64,000 bases of DNA. Origin: a virus (Duplodnaviria > Heunggongvirae > Uroviricota > Caudoviricetes). Of this stretch, positions 43,658 through 53,700 are shown piece by piece. The stretch lies in the IMG/VR virus record IMGVR_UViG_3300005512_000002, positions 1 through 64,000 of that record; one strand, written 5' to 3'. Under the pieces are notes generated by a model. It searched no databases, was not told the origin of the DNA, and was given only the letters and a program-made list of their open reading frames with translations. The translations under genes were made by a program, and so were the position numbers. Numbering within the stretch: the stretch's first letter is position 1; each line of letters opens with the position of its first letter.

Positions 43658-44941
43658 CTACGGGGTATGGCGGGTGTTCATGCCCGCAGCCCGCATTTCC
43701 TCGACCCGCACCTCGATGGCGCGCTTGAGGCCCTGGGCCATGACCAGCACCGCCTTGCCCATGTCCGATAGCTGGGTATGCACGGCCTGGGCCAGGATGA
43801 AATCGTTGCGCAGCTTGCGCATGTCCGGGTCGGCGACCAGCAAGGCGTTTTCCTGATCGGTCTTGGTGGCCCCGCGATGGCTCTGCCGGCGGATCTGCAT
43901 GACCCGGGAAAGTTCGCGGCCCAGGTGGTCGTAGCGGCCGTGCCAGCGATTCTCCAGGTCCTGCACGAAGGCGTGGTGGGCCGAGAGCACGGCCTCGAAC
44001 TGGCAAAGCTGGCCGGGTGCCATGTCCATGAGCCGGTGCGGCTCGTACTTCATCAGGTGCATGGCGTGCTGGGCCGGATCGTTGGGGTTGTAGCGTTCGC
44101 GCTGCTTGAGCGCGATCAGGCCGGTCTCGCTGTCGAGCCGGGCCAGGTACTGGTCGATGGCCTGGCGCTGCAGGTTCACGGCCGCCAGTTCGTCCTTCTC
44201 CCGGGCCAGCTTCTCGGCGAGGTTGGCCGCAGCGGCCGGGTCGGGGGCCGCAGGTTGCGGTGTGGTGACCGCAGCCGGCTGGGGCTGGGCCAGATCCCAG
44301 GGCTGGCCGGCCTGTTCACGTTCGGGCGGCAGACCGCTGGGTCCCGGTGCCGCCCCGGCGATCGGCGGCTCGTCCTCGGGCCAGGCATCGACCAGGGCGT
44401 TGTCGTCCCAGCCCTCCTCGGCCCCGTCATCGGCCTCGCTCACCGGGGTGGCCGGGGCGTCCGGGGTGGCCGGGGTGGCCGGGGGATCGAAGTTGGTAAA
44501 ATCGGGCACCCGGGTCGTACCGGCAAGCTGTCCCTGGCCGCCGGCCACCGGCGCCTGATACGGCGGCAGGGCCGCCGCCGGGTTCGGCGACGAGGGTGCG
44601 GCCAGATCGCCGACGGCCTGCAGGTCCTGACCGGCATCCGCCGGATCACACACCGAACTCAGGTGTCGGGGCGTGAAATCCACGGGCGGATCGGGCACGG
44701 CCTGCGGGCCCTCGTCCGCCTGTTTCTTGCCCTTACCTTTGCCTTGTGATTTGGGTTTGGCCGGCTCACTGGCGGCCTGCGGGGCCTCCGAAACCACCGG
44801 CGGCTGGGCCGCGGCCGTTACACGAGGAGAGTCCGGGGGCGAGGTGGCGGCTTTCGGGGCAACTTCCGGATCAACAGCTTCCGGGGGCTGGTCGTACATC
44901 TGGTCCAGATCGGCGATGGTGGGATTGGTCTGAGCGGTCAT
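43658..44941 (-). CDS. Hypothetical protein, long Pro/Ala-rich N-terminus and structured C-terminal domain
   Basis: GAGGAA RBS 6 nt before ATG 44941 (minus); sits between DUF559 and dnaB so may be replication-associated. Confidence 0.4.
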   Translation of the reverse strand: MTAQTNPTIADLDQMYDQPPEAVDPEVAPKAATSPPDSPRVTAAAQPPVVSEAPQAASEPAKPKSQGKGKGKKQADEGPQAVPDPPVDFTPRHLSSVCDPADAGQDLQAVGDLAAPSSPNPAAALPPYQAPVAGGQGQLAGTTRVPDFTNFDPPATPATPDAPATPVSEADDGAEEGWDDNALVDAWPEDEPPIAGAAPGPSGLPPEREQAGQPWDLAQPQPAAVTTPQPAAPDPAAAANLAEKLAREKDELAAVNLQRQAIDQYLARLDSETGLIALKQRERYNPNDPAQHAMHLMKYEPHRLMDMAPGQLCQFEAVLSAHHAFVQDLENRWHGRYDHLGRELSRVMQIRRQSHRGATKTDQENALLVADPDMRKLRNDFILAQAVHTQLSDMGKAVLVMAQGLKRAIEVRVEEMRAAGMNTRHTP

Positions 44942-45333
44942 CTGGGTTCCTCGCGGTTGATGAGCTTGAGCAATTGGGGCCCGGTGATACGGCTGACAGT
45001 CTTGCTGTCCAGGGTGATCAGGCGGTAGCCGATCCGGCCCAGGGCGGCCTGTTTGGCCCTGTCCCGCTGCTGCTGGCTGGCGAACTGCTCGGGCGAGCCG
45101 TGAAAGTGCGGGGTGTAGGCGTAATGCTGGGCCCCATGCACCTCGAAGGCCAGCTTCAGGCGCGGGATGCACAGGTCCACGAACAACGTGCTGTGCCGGC
45201 CATTGACCACGGTCTGGATCGAGGCTTCCTCCTCGATGCGAAAGCCGGCGAACAACCTGGTCAACAGGTCCAGCAGTCGCTGGTGTCCCTGCGATCGGGT
45301 GCCCTTGCCAGGTTGGATCTTCTTGCGGGCCAT
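44938..45333 (-). CDS. DUF559/Vsr-like endonuclease-domain protein
   Basis: TLFVDLCIPRLKLAFEVHGAQHY...RDRAKQAALGRIGYRLITL resembles the DUF559 core (D....kl.iEvDG..H......D..R...L...G..v.R). Confidence 0.5.
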   Translation of the reverse strand: MARKKIQPGKGTRSQGHQRLLDLLTRLFAGFRIEEEASIQTVVNGRHSTLFVDLCIPRLKLAFEVHGAQHYAYTPHFHGSPEQFASQQQRDRAKQAALGRIGYRLITLDSKTVSRITGPQLLKLINREEPR

Positions 45334-45340
45334 GGGGGTG

Positions 45341-45603
45341 TCAGAAAACCAACGGATAGAACCATCGGCGCCAGGCCACCGACACAAACAGGCAGGCGAC
45401 GGCGGCCAGCAGCAGGGGCACGACCGCCAGCAGCAGTGCGACCAGGGCCACCAGCACCAGGCCGATGACCAGGAGCGACACCGCCAGCAGCACGGGCAAT
45501 GCGGTGACCACCTGGGCCAGGCTCACGATCCAGGCGAGCAGCCGCAACGGACGATCACTCACGACTATCAACCAGTCTCCCACGGTCATGTTGGTACCCA
45601 TCA
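45341..45603 (-). CDS. Small membrane protein (2-3 TM helices)
   Basis: AGGAGG RBS 7 nt before ATG 45603 (minus); LAWIVSLAQVVTALPVLLAVSLLVIGLVLVALVALLLAVVPLLLAAVACLFV. Confidence 0.4.
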
Positions 45604-46815
45604 GATCACCTCCTGCAGGCCCGGCTGGTCCATCTGGTCCTCGACACTGTGATCGACCGGCGGCACGTAATCGGGCAGTAGCTGGCAGTCGGGCGTCAGG
45701 CCCCGGCTGGCCAGCACCGCCGTCAGCAGCCGGTCGCGCAACGGTGCGGCGACCTGGCCCACCCGCTCGCGCATCTCGGCCACCAGGTTGGCCAGGCCCT
45801 GGGTTCGCAGGCCCAGGTCCGGGCACGCATACCAGGCCCCGCTCTGCTCGATGATGCCCCACTGCACGCACAGGCGGGCCAGTTCCAGCAGCCGTTCGAT
45901 GCCGTAGCCGTAGTACAGCGGGATGGTGGCGGTGCGGAACGGAGCGGCCACCTTGTTCTTGATGATGTTCACGATCATGTCGTGGCCGGCCGGCGGCGCC
46001 CCGGCCGCGTCGGCGGCGATCGACTCACCCCGCCGCACGTCGAAGCGCAGGTTCGAGTAGAACCGCAGGGCCCGGCCCCCGGGCGTGGTTCGCCCGCCAC
46101 CGTAGCGGTTGATCTTCTCGCGGATCTGGTTGATGAACACCAGCACGGTGGGGTTGTCGGGTCCCAGCTTGCCGCAGTAATCGCGCAGCGACTGGCTCAT
46201 CATGCGGGCCTGGGTCCCCACGTGGGTGTCGGTCACCTCGCCGTCCAGTTCGCTTTCCGGTGCCAGGGCGGCCACCGAATCCACCACGATCATGCCGAAC
46301 AGGCGGCTGCTGAGCAGGCGATCGACCACCTTCAGGGCCTGGTCGCCGGACTGCGGCTGGGTAAACTCCATCTCCCCGGTGCGGACCCCCAGGTTCTGGG
46401 CGTAGCTCTTATCCACGGCGTGCTCGACATCCACGTAGGCGGTCGAGAGCGGCAGCTTCAACCCCTTGAACAGCCGCTGGGCCCGGGCGATCAGGTGCAG
46501 GGCCAGGGTGGTCTTGCCGGTCGATTCGTCCCCGAAAATCTCGATCATCTTGGCCGGCGGAATCCCCGTCATCCACAGGCCCTCGGGCGTGCGGCGCAAC
46601 GGGCCGATGGCGATGTCCAGCCCCAGCGAGCCGGTGGGGATCTGGTACGGGTGCAGGTCCCCGGCCTGCGAGCAATCGAGATTGACCAGGGTCCCCTCGC
46701 CGAACTCCTTGTTGATGTTCTTGCGCACGGTTTCCAGCATGGCCGCCCGTTCCTGGTCGCTCAGCGACGGCTCGGCGGCGGTATCGGTCTTTTTGCTGCT
46801 CTTGCGTTTGGCCAC
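45601..46815 (-). CDS. recA: RecA-family recombinase
   Basis: IPTGSLGLDIAIG...IEIFGDESTGKTTLALHLIARAQ nearly identical in pattern to RecA ISTGSLSLDIALG...IVEIYGPESSGKTTL (Walker A). Confidence 0.8.
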   Translation of the reverse strand: MAKRKSSKKTDTAAEPSLSDQERAAMLETVRKNINKEFGEGTLVNLDCSQAGDLHPYQIPTGSLGLDIAIGPLRRTPEGLWMTGIPPAKMIEIFGDESTGKTTLALHLIARAQRLFKGLKLPLSTAYVDVEHAVDKSYAQNLGVRTGEMEFTQPQSGDQALKVVDRLLSSRLFGMIVVDSVAALAPESELDGEVTDTHVGTQARMMSQSLRDYCGKLGPDNPTVLVFINQIREKINRYGGGRTTPGGRALRFYSNLRFDVRRGESIAADAAGAPPAGHDMIVNIIKNKVAAPFRTATIPLYYGYGIERLLELARLCVQWGIIEQSGAWYACPDLGLRTQGLANLVAEMRERVGQVAAPLRDRLLTAVLASRGLTPDCQLLPDYVPPVDHSVEDQMDQPGLQEVI

Positions 46816-46818
46816 GGT

Positions 46819-47793
46819 TTACTCCTGGTTTTGCGGGGAATCGGCGGCTTCGGCGGCGGCCTGGGCCTGGGCGATAAGCTGCTTGCGCTCGACCGGACCC
46901 ATGGCCTGCAGGGCCATGCACTTTTCCTGGACCAGGGTGTTGGCCAGGGTGATTTCGTTGAGTTCCAGGGTCAGCCCCCGGGTCATGAACTTGATGACGC
47001 TGAAGTAGGTGACCGTCCAGCGGATGGTGTTGTAAAGCTGGGTGCTGGAATCCGGCAGGCCGCTGATGACCCCGATGATCTTGCCCCAGTTCGGGTACGG
47101 CAGCTTGATGGGCAGCCCGCGTTTGTCGCGGTGCCAGGAGAGCAGGTACCAGTAATACCCGGCGAAATGCGGCACCCGCCACTGGTTCGGATCGGGCACC
47201 CACTGGCCGGCGGGACTGCGCTGCCAGCCGGGCGCTCGTTCCCAGTCCATCTCCCCGCCGGCCCCGGCGGCGATCAGCTTGGCGTCATCCGGCTCGGCCA
47301 GGGCGGCCTTGCCGAACTTGATCCAGCGCTTGATGCTGGCCAGGTCGCGGCAGACGACCTCGCGCTGGGCGGGGGTCAGCCCGTGCGGCAGTCGCGGCGG
47401 CTTGTTAGCGGTGGTGGACGCGGCCGGTGGTTGGACCGACGGGTCCTGGACCCCCACGACGCTGGGGGCATGGGCCCCGGGCGGCGTCAATCGCATCGGA
47501 TTGGGCAACTCGATGACGCAGCCGTCGTACAGACGGCTGGCCTGGCGGCGGATGAGCTTCTGGGTCCGCAGTTCCGCCACGGCCCGGCAGATACTGCCGC
47601 GCTTGGCCACCCCCAATTGGTGCATGAACACCTGCGGGCCATGCCAGACGACCTGGTCACGATCGCCGTTGACCGAGGCGTGGATGACCATGAGGCGGAA
47701 GATCCAGGAAGCCAGGTCCTTGCGCCCGGCGACCAGTTCGAGCCGGCGCAGCAGCTTGTTGGGCGCGGTTTGCAGCAGTTCGATGGGGATCAT
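46819..47793 (-). CDS. Hypothetical protein with N-terminal winged-helix-like DNA-binding region
   Basis: GPQVFMHQLGVAKRGSICRAVAELRTQKLIRR resembles a MarR/GntR-type recognition helix; first gene of the minus block next to the non-coding hub. Confidence 0.4.
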   Translation of the reverse strand: MIPIELLQTAPNKLLRRLELVAGRKDLASWIFRLMVIHASVNGDRDQVVWHGPQVFMHQLGVAKRGSICRAVAELRTQKLIRRQASRLYDGCVIELPNPMRLTPPGAHAPSVVGVQDPSVQPPAASTTANKPPRLPHGLTPAQREVVCRDLASIKRWIKFGKAALAEPDDAKLIAAGAGGEMDWERAPGWQRSPAGQWVPDPNQWRVPHFAGYYWYLLSWHRDKRGLPIKLPYPNWGKIIGVISGLPDSSTQLYNTIRWTVTYFSVIKFMTRGLTLELNEITLANTLVQEKCMALQAMGPVERKQLIAQAQAAAEAADSPQNQE

Positions 47794-48004
47794 GGGAGGT
47801 GCCGATCGGGCCCACGATCGGCCCGCAGGGGAGTGGTCATGCGTCTTTCATCCTCTCGCGCCGCCGTCGCAGGGTTCGGCTCGGCAGGCGTCAGAGTCTA
47901 CCCGACGTTGGTGTGATCGGCAAGGTGGTATGGTGCATTTTCCAAAACTTTCATGAGTATGTCCATCGTCACAGACGTTCAGCTTTGACGACTTTAACAT
48001 TCAT

Positions 48005-48204
48005 GGGTCTGCAGGGGTCTGCAGGCACCACTTCTTCTTAGCCAGCTTAACCAGGCTAAATCCAATTGGACTATGAATAGGCTTATAGGGGCTCGGTTCA
48101 CCCTGGGGCGCTGCTTTTTTCACCCTGGGGCGCTCAGGACGGCCGACCGGGGGTCTGCCCAGTTCACCCTGCGGCGCTCCTTTTTTCACCCCGTGGTGAA
48201 ACGG
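48005..48204. other. Iteron/palindrome cluster in a ~585-bp non-coding divergent region; candidate replication origin and regulatory hub
   Basis: GGGTCTGCAG x2 (48005-48024); TTCACCCTGGGGCGCT at 48097 and 48119, TTCACCCTGCGGCGCT at 48163, TTTCACCCCGTGGTGAAA palindrome at 48185, with 22/44/22-bp spacing and T-runs. Confidence 0.4.
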
Positions 48205-48295
48205 CCCGCGCGCCAATGGCTGGTTACCACGGGCGCCATGTCCGTCTGTGCCGGCAAGATGGTGACGGAGATTGATTAAATAGACACACGTGTGC

Positions 48296-48324
48296 TTGCC
48301 AGTCGTACCATTATGGAGTAAGCT
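48296..48324 (+). promoter_or_regulatory. Sigma70-like promoter TTGCCA-N17-TAAGCT; CACACGTGTG palindrome just upstream
   Basis: TTGCCA 48296-48301, 17-nt spacer, TAAGCT 48319-48324; RBS AAAGAG and ATG 48379 downstream. Confidence 0.35.
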
Positions 48325-48378
48325 ACGTGCTCACTCTATGACTTGGATCACGCCTGATTCCTTAAAGAGAACAGCACC

Positions 48379-48915
48379 ATGAGCACCGACCCGTCTGCCG
48401 CCAGCAACCAGCCCGATCCCCAGGCCGCCGCCGAGCCCACCGACGTGGTCCCCGCCGGTGACGCGCCGCAGGCCAGCAACCAGCCCGAACCGGCGGCCCG
48501 TCCCGCCGCCCGCACCGGCCCGCGCTTCGTGCAGGTGCCCGTGCCGCCGGGACTGTCCGAGCACGCCATCCTGGCCGCGACCCAGCTTGGCCTGCAAATC
48601 TTCGGCACCGTCCATGCCAGCGGCATGGTGCTGGCCTTCCCGCGCATGAATCAGGACGCCGGCGGCCAGGCCCGCCCCGGGGTGGGACTGTTCAGCGTGC
48701 TGCTCTTAGAGCCCAAGGACGGTAAGCGGATCTTCGACCTGGCCACCCGGATCAACCAGGCCAACGTCAAGGTCGCCCGGCAGCGGGCCCAGCGGGCGAC
48801 CGACAAGGCCGCCCACCAGACCGCCAACGCCATCGCCGACCGGCTGCTGGCCAACCAGGAAAAGGACCAGGCCGAGCAGGCCGCCAACAACCCCGGAGGC
48901 ATCGTCGTCCCGTGA
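48379..48915 (+). CDS. Hypothetical protein
   Basis: First gene of the rightward block; 178 aa. Confidence 0.45.
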   Translation: MSTDPSAASNQPDPQAAAEPTDVVPAGDAPQASNQPEPAARPAARTGPRFVQVPVPPGLSEHAILAATQLGLQIFGTVHASGMVLAFPRMNQDAGGQARPGVGLFSVLLLEPKDGKRIFDLATRINQANVKVARQRAQRATDKAAHQTANAIADRLLANQEKDQAEQAANNPGGIVVP

Positions 48916-49149
48916 CCCCCGGAAGCTGTCCATCACGTGAACAGCATCGCCTCGACCTGTGGATGCGATTGTATCCGCACCAGTCCTGGAGATGGCTCGA
49001 ATGGCTGCTGTGGCAGGGTATGGGCAGTCAGAGTGACACCTGGTGGCGATTCAGGTGCTGGCGCATCCGTCGGGCTCGCCTGCACCGTTACGGTCAGGTC
49101 AATCCCCACCGGCCCGTTCACCGCTTCACCCCCATGGGGGAACCGATCT

Positions 49150-49782
49150 ATGACCACGACTGATCCGCAATCACTTGGCCCCGAACAGGAAGTCGCGGCC
49201 ATGACCGTGCCGTCCTGGCACACCTGGTTCATGGCCATGACCTTCCTCTACGCCATGCGCAGTCCCGACCGCCAGACCAAGCAGGGCTGTGTGATCGTGG
49301 ACTGGCCCAGCAAGATCCCCATTGGCTTTGGCTACAACGGCCACCCGCGCGGGGCGGTAGGCCTGCCCGTGGACCGACCCGACAAGTACCCCTACATGGT
49401 CCACGCCGACAGCAACGCCGCCGTCAACTGCATGGGCCGCTCCGAGCACGCGGTGGTCTACCTGCCCATGCCGCCCTGCGAGCGCTGCCTGGGCCTGCTG
49501 GTCAACATGCCCTTCGTGCAGGTCAGGCAGATCATCTACTACGAAGACCGCGATCTGCCCAACACCCGCCTGCTGGTGGAAGCTCTGGAACGCGGGCCCA
49601 CACAATCACCCCAACTGGTGCCTTTCGCCATGGTCACCGAACCCGGCGACCTGCAGCGACTGCTCAAGCAACTGACCCGCTACGTCCATCTGCGCACCGC
49701 CTTCAGCGACGCGCTCAGCACCCGGTCCTGCCGGGATTACGGGGCCGAAGGAAACTCGCATCATGATGCAACACCTGCGTGA
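49150..49782 (+). CDS. dCMP/CMP deaminase-fold protein (zinc-binding), catalytic Glu replaced by Asp
   Basis: YPYMVHADSNAAVNCMG versus consensus YPY.CHAE.NAI.N and PCERCLGLL (PCxxC). Confidence 0.5.
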   Translation: MTTTDPQSLGPEQEVAAMTVPSWHTWFMAMTFLYAMRSPDRQTKQGCVIVDWPSKIPIGFGYNGHPRGAVGLPVDRPDKYPYMVHADSNAAVNCMGRSEHAVVYLPMPPCERCLGLLVNMPFVQVRQIIYYEDRDLPNTRLLVEALERGPTQSPQLVPFAMVTEPGDLQRLLKQLTRYVHLRTAFSDALSTRSCRDYGAEGNSHHDATPA

Positions 49783-50716
49783 GACGTGGCTGCTGTACCT
49801 GCTGGCGGCCATCACCCTGACCATGCTGGTCTTCGCCTGCGGCTGTCAAAGCCCGGGCCTGGATGCGGTCCAGGCGGTGCAGATTCCCCCGGCCCCGCCG
49901 CCGCCGGAGGTGATCGCCCCCAAGCTCGATCAGGCCGCCGACGATCAGCAGGCGGTGATTGATGCCACCCGCTCGGAGACCGGCAAGCAGCGGCAGGCCG
50001 TCGTCGAGATCCGCACCGAGGACCCCAATGCCCCCCAGGTCCCGCTCAAGCAGATCGAGGACAGTTCCCAGCGGATCGACCGGCACATGGAGATTCTGGA
50101 GCTTCAGGTCCAGCCGGCCATCACCGGGGCCGCCGCCGGGGCCCGAACCTGGGAAACCAGCTACCAGAAGCTGGTCAAGCAATATGAGAAACTCTCCCGG
50201 CTGCTCTTGCGCCGCGACCAGGAACTGGCCCGCCTTAACAACGAGCACGCGGCTGCCGTACGCGACCGGCTCACCTGGCTGGCGGTGATCGGCTTCGCCG
50301 CCACGGCCGGCTTCCTGGCCTTCGGGGTGTTTTCGGGCAACCCCCGCCTGTTCATCATCGCCGCCGCCTGCGCCGTGTTCGCCGGTACCATGACCGGCCT
50401 GGCCATCTGGTTCAAGGCCATCGCCCTGATCAGCCTGATCGGGATCGGTGTGCTCATGCTCGGCGGAGTGATCTGGATGGCCTGGCTCTACCGCTCGCGC
50501 AGCCGCCAGTTCGGCGAGGTGGTGCAGTTGACCGAACACGTCAAGGAAGCTCTGGGCAAGGCCAACGGCGAGGGCAAGGCGGCCCGCAAACAAATCTTCG
50601 GCGGCCCCCGCGACAAGGGCGAGGCCGGCAAGCTGCTCAGCTACGACACCCAGAAGGCCGTCGCCCGGCAACGGGCCAGCAAGAAGACCTGGCTGGCCGA
50701 CAGTATCCACCTGTAA
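49763..50716 (+). CDS. Putative lipoprotein/membrane protein with coiled-coil and C-terminal TM helices
   Basis: LLAAITLTMLVFACGC lipobox-like signal; heptad-rich middle; two C-terminal hydrophobic helices. Confidence 0.45.
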   Translation: MMQHLRETWLLYLLAAITLTMLVFACGCQSPGLDAVQAVQIPPAPPPPEVIAPKLDQAADDQQAVIDATRSETGKQRQAVVEIRTEDPNAPQVPLKQIEDSSQRIDRHMEILELQVQPAITGAAAGARTWETSYQKLVKQYEKLSRLLLRRDQELARLNNEHAAAVRDRLTWLAVIGFAATAGFLAFGVFSGNPRLFIIAAACAVFAGTMTGLAIWFKAIALISLIGIGVLMLGGVIWMAWLYRSRSRQFGEVVQLTEHVKEALGKANGEGKAARKQIFGGPRDKGEAGKLLSYDTQKAVARQRASKKTWLADSIHL

Positions 50717-50718
50717 CC

Positions 50719-50760
50719 CCCCGGAAGTTAGCCCACGGAAGTTGGCCCACGGAAGTTCCC
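50719..50760 (+). repeat. Three 14-bp tandem copies of (C)CACGGAAGTT directly upstream of the RNR start codon
   Basis: ccccggaagttagc ccacggaagttggc ccacggaagttccc ggagtgaccc ATG. Confidence 0.6.
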
Positions 50761-50770
50761 GGAGTGACCC

Positions 50771-53700
50771 ATGCAGATTGATCGACACTACACCCGGCCC
50801 GGCGAAGATGCTTTCGACCGCTTCGAGTACGAGCAGCGCGACGTGCGCGTGCTCGACCACCGCACCGGTGAGATCAGCTTTGAGATGAACGGGATCGAAC
50901 TGCCCCGGCACTGGTCCAAGACCGCCGGGCAGATCGCGGTGGCTAAGTATTTCCGCAAGGCCGGCGTGCCCGCCGCCACCTGCGAGCGATCGACCAGGGT
51001 CATTCTGGCCGACGGTACGGAGCACGTCACCCCCAACTGGCTGTGCCCCAGGAAAGCTGCCCCGGACACCACCTTCGGGGCCGAGACTTCCATCAGGCAG
51101 GTGGTCCACCGCATCGTGGGGCACTGGGCTTACACCGGGCTGCTCAACGACTATTTCGAGCCCACGGAGGACCAGGTCACCCAGCTTCTGCAGGGGCACG
51201 AGAACTTCAACCGCGAGGACGCGGCACGGCAAGCCCGCTCGGACAATGCCGAGGCGTTCTACGACGAGATGGTCCACATGCTGGTGGCCCAGGTCGGGGC
51301 CCCCAACAGCCCGCAGTGGTTCAACACCGGGCTCTGGTGGGCCTACGGCATCGAGGGCCCGGCCCAGGGTCACTGGTACGTGGACCTGCCGGCCAACACC
51401 CAGCACATGGATATCCTCCCCGATACCATCGGGGACATCGCCGTTGAAGTGAGCGACCTGCGCCGCTGGCTAAGCAGAGAACGCTGCCTGCCCAGCCGCA
51501 ACGCCTACCAGTCGGTGCAGGCCCACGCCTGCTTCATTCTGGACGTGAATGATTCACTGCTGGAAGAAGGCGGGATTCTCGACTGGTACCAGCGCGAGGC
51601 CCGGATCTTCAAGTACGGCTCGGGGGCCGGGGCCAATGTCTCGAATCTGCGCGGCCGGGGTGAGAAACTCTCCGGCGGTGGCACCAGTTCCGGGGTCCTG
51701 TCCTGGATCGAGGTCGCCGACCGTTCGGCCGGAGCCATCAAATCCGGCGGCACGACCCGCCGGGCGGCCAAGATGGTGGTGCTGGACGTGGATCATCCGG
51801 ACATCGGCGAGTTTATCTCCTGCAAGATGCAGGCCGAGCAGCGGGTGGCCGACCTGATCACCGGCAGCAAGCTGAATCTGGAATGTGCCCAGGCGATCAT
51901 GGCCCATCCGGGCATTCCCCAGCCGGTGGCCGACGCCCAGAGGCTGGGCATCCCCGACCACGTCATCGAGCGGGCCCGGCTGGCCCGCCGCGAATACGGG
52001 GTCGAGCAGATCGGCTGGGAGGACTACCAACTGGATGCCGACTTCGAGGGCGAAGCGTACCAGACGGTCCCCTTCCAGAACGCCAACCATTCGGTGCGGG
52101 TACCGGCCGGCTTCTTTGACCGGGGCGAAATGCCGCTGCTGTCGCGGACCGATGCGTCGGTGATGAAAGTCGTCAGCACCCGCGACCTGCTGCGTGACAT
52201 GGCCTGGGCGGCCTGGAGTTGCGGCGATCCGGGTATCCAGTACCAGACCAACATCAACGACTGGAACACCACGCCGGAAGATGGTGAGATCCGGGCCAGC
52301 AACCCGTGCTCCGAACACCTGCGCCTGGACAATTCGGCGTGCAACCTGGCCAGCCTGCGCTTGACGGCCTTTCTCCAGGACGACGACGACGACTCCGAGC
52401 CGCAGATCGACCTCAACGGCCTGGAGCACGCGGTGTGGATGTGGGTGCTGGCCCTGGATATCACCAACACCCTGGCCCACTTCCCCGATCGCAAGATCGC
52501 GGTCAACAGCTACCTGTACCGCGACATCGGCCTGGGCTTCGCCGACCTCGGGGCCCTGCTGATGAGCCTGGGCATCCCTTATGACTCGGACGACGGCCGC
52601 GAACTGGCCGGGGCCCTGAGCGCCCTGATCCAGGGTCAAGCCTACCTGGCCAGTGCCGACCTGGCCCAGGGCCTGGGCCCCTACCCCCGATTTGGCGCCA
52701 ACCGCGAGCACCACCTGCGGGTGCTGCGCAACCACCTGCGGGCGACCGGCATTCTGCCGCACCCGGAGATCGCCGTCCCGGAGGCTTACGAGAAGCTGAC
52801 GGTCACACCCCGGGAACTGGACGCTGACCACCTGCCGGGCTTCCACGGTCAGAGCCTCAAGGCGGCGATCGCGGCCGTCTGGCAGCAGGCCGAACGCCAT
52901 GCCCGCCAGCACGGCCTGCGCAATGCCGAGATGACGGTCATCGCCCCCACCGGCACCATCGGCATGGTCATGGACTGCCAGACCACGGGCGTGGAGCCGG
53001 TGCTCAGCCTGACCGTCACCAAGCAGCTTGTCGGCGGCGGCACCGTCGAGCAGACGCCCACGCGGGCCCTGATGCGTGGCCTGCAGACCATGGGGTACGC
53101 CCGCCCGGGAGACCTGGTCTTCGTCAAGCAGATCATCGAGGACCTGGGCCGGCAGCACAACACGGTGTTCGCCACCGCCCTGGGCAGTGAGGGCATCGAC
53201 CCGATCCGGTGGGAGGCCCACCTGGGGATGATGGCCGCCGTGCAACCCTTTGTCTCCGGCGGGATCTCCAAAACGGTGAACATGCTGCACGACGCCACCG
53301 TCCAGGACGTGGCCCGGGCGTTTGCCATGGGTCACGAACTTGGCCTCAAGAGCATCGCCATCTACCGCGACGGCTCCAAGCTCAGCCAGCCGCTGACGAT
53401 CACCGCCGGCAAGCAGGGTCAGACCCCCAGTCCGCCCCCGGCCCTGGCCCCGGCCCCGGCCGAATCAGTCCTGGAACGCACCGAGCGCATGACGCAGGCC
53501 ATGGGTCAACTCATGGAGCAGGCCAAGACCCAAGGGGTCTGTTCACCGCCCCTGCATCCGTTCCGGGTGCGCCTGCCCAACGTGCGCGAGAGCGGCATCG
53601 ACGTGTGTGCCCAGCTTGGCCCGGGCAAGCTGTACGTGCATACCACCCGCTATCCCGACGGCAAGCTGGGCGAGATGTGGCTGACCTACTCGGCCGACCA

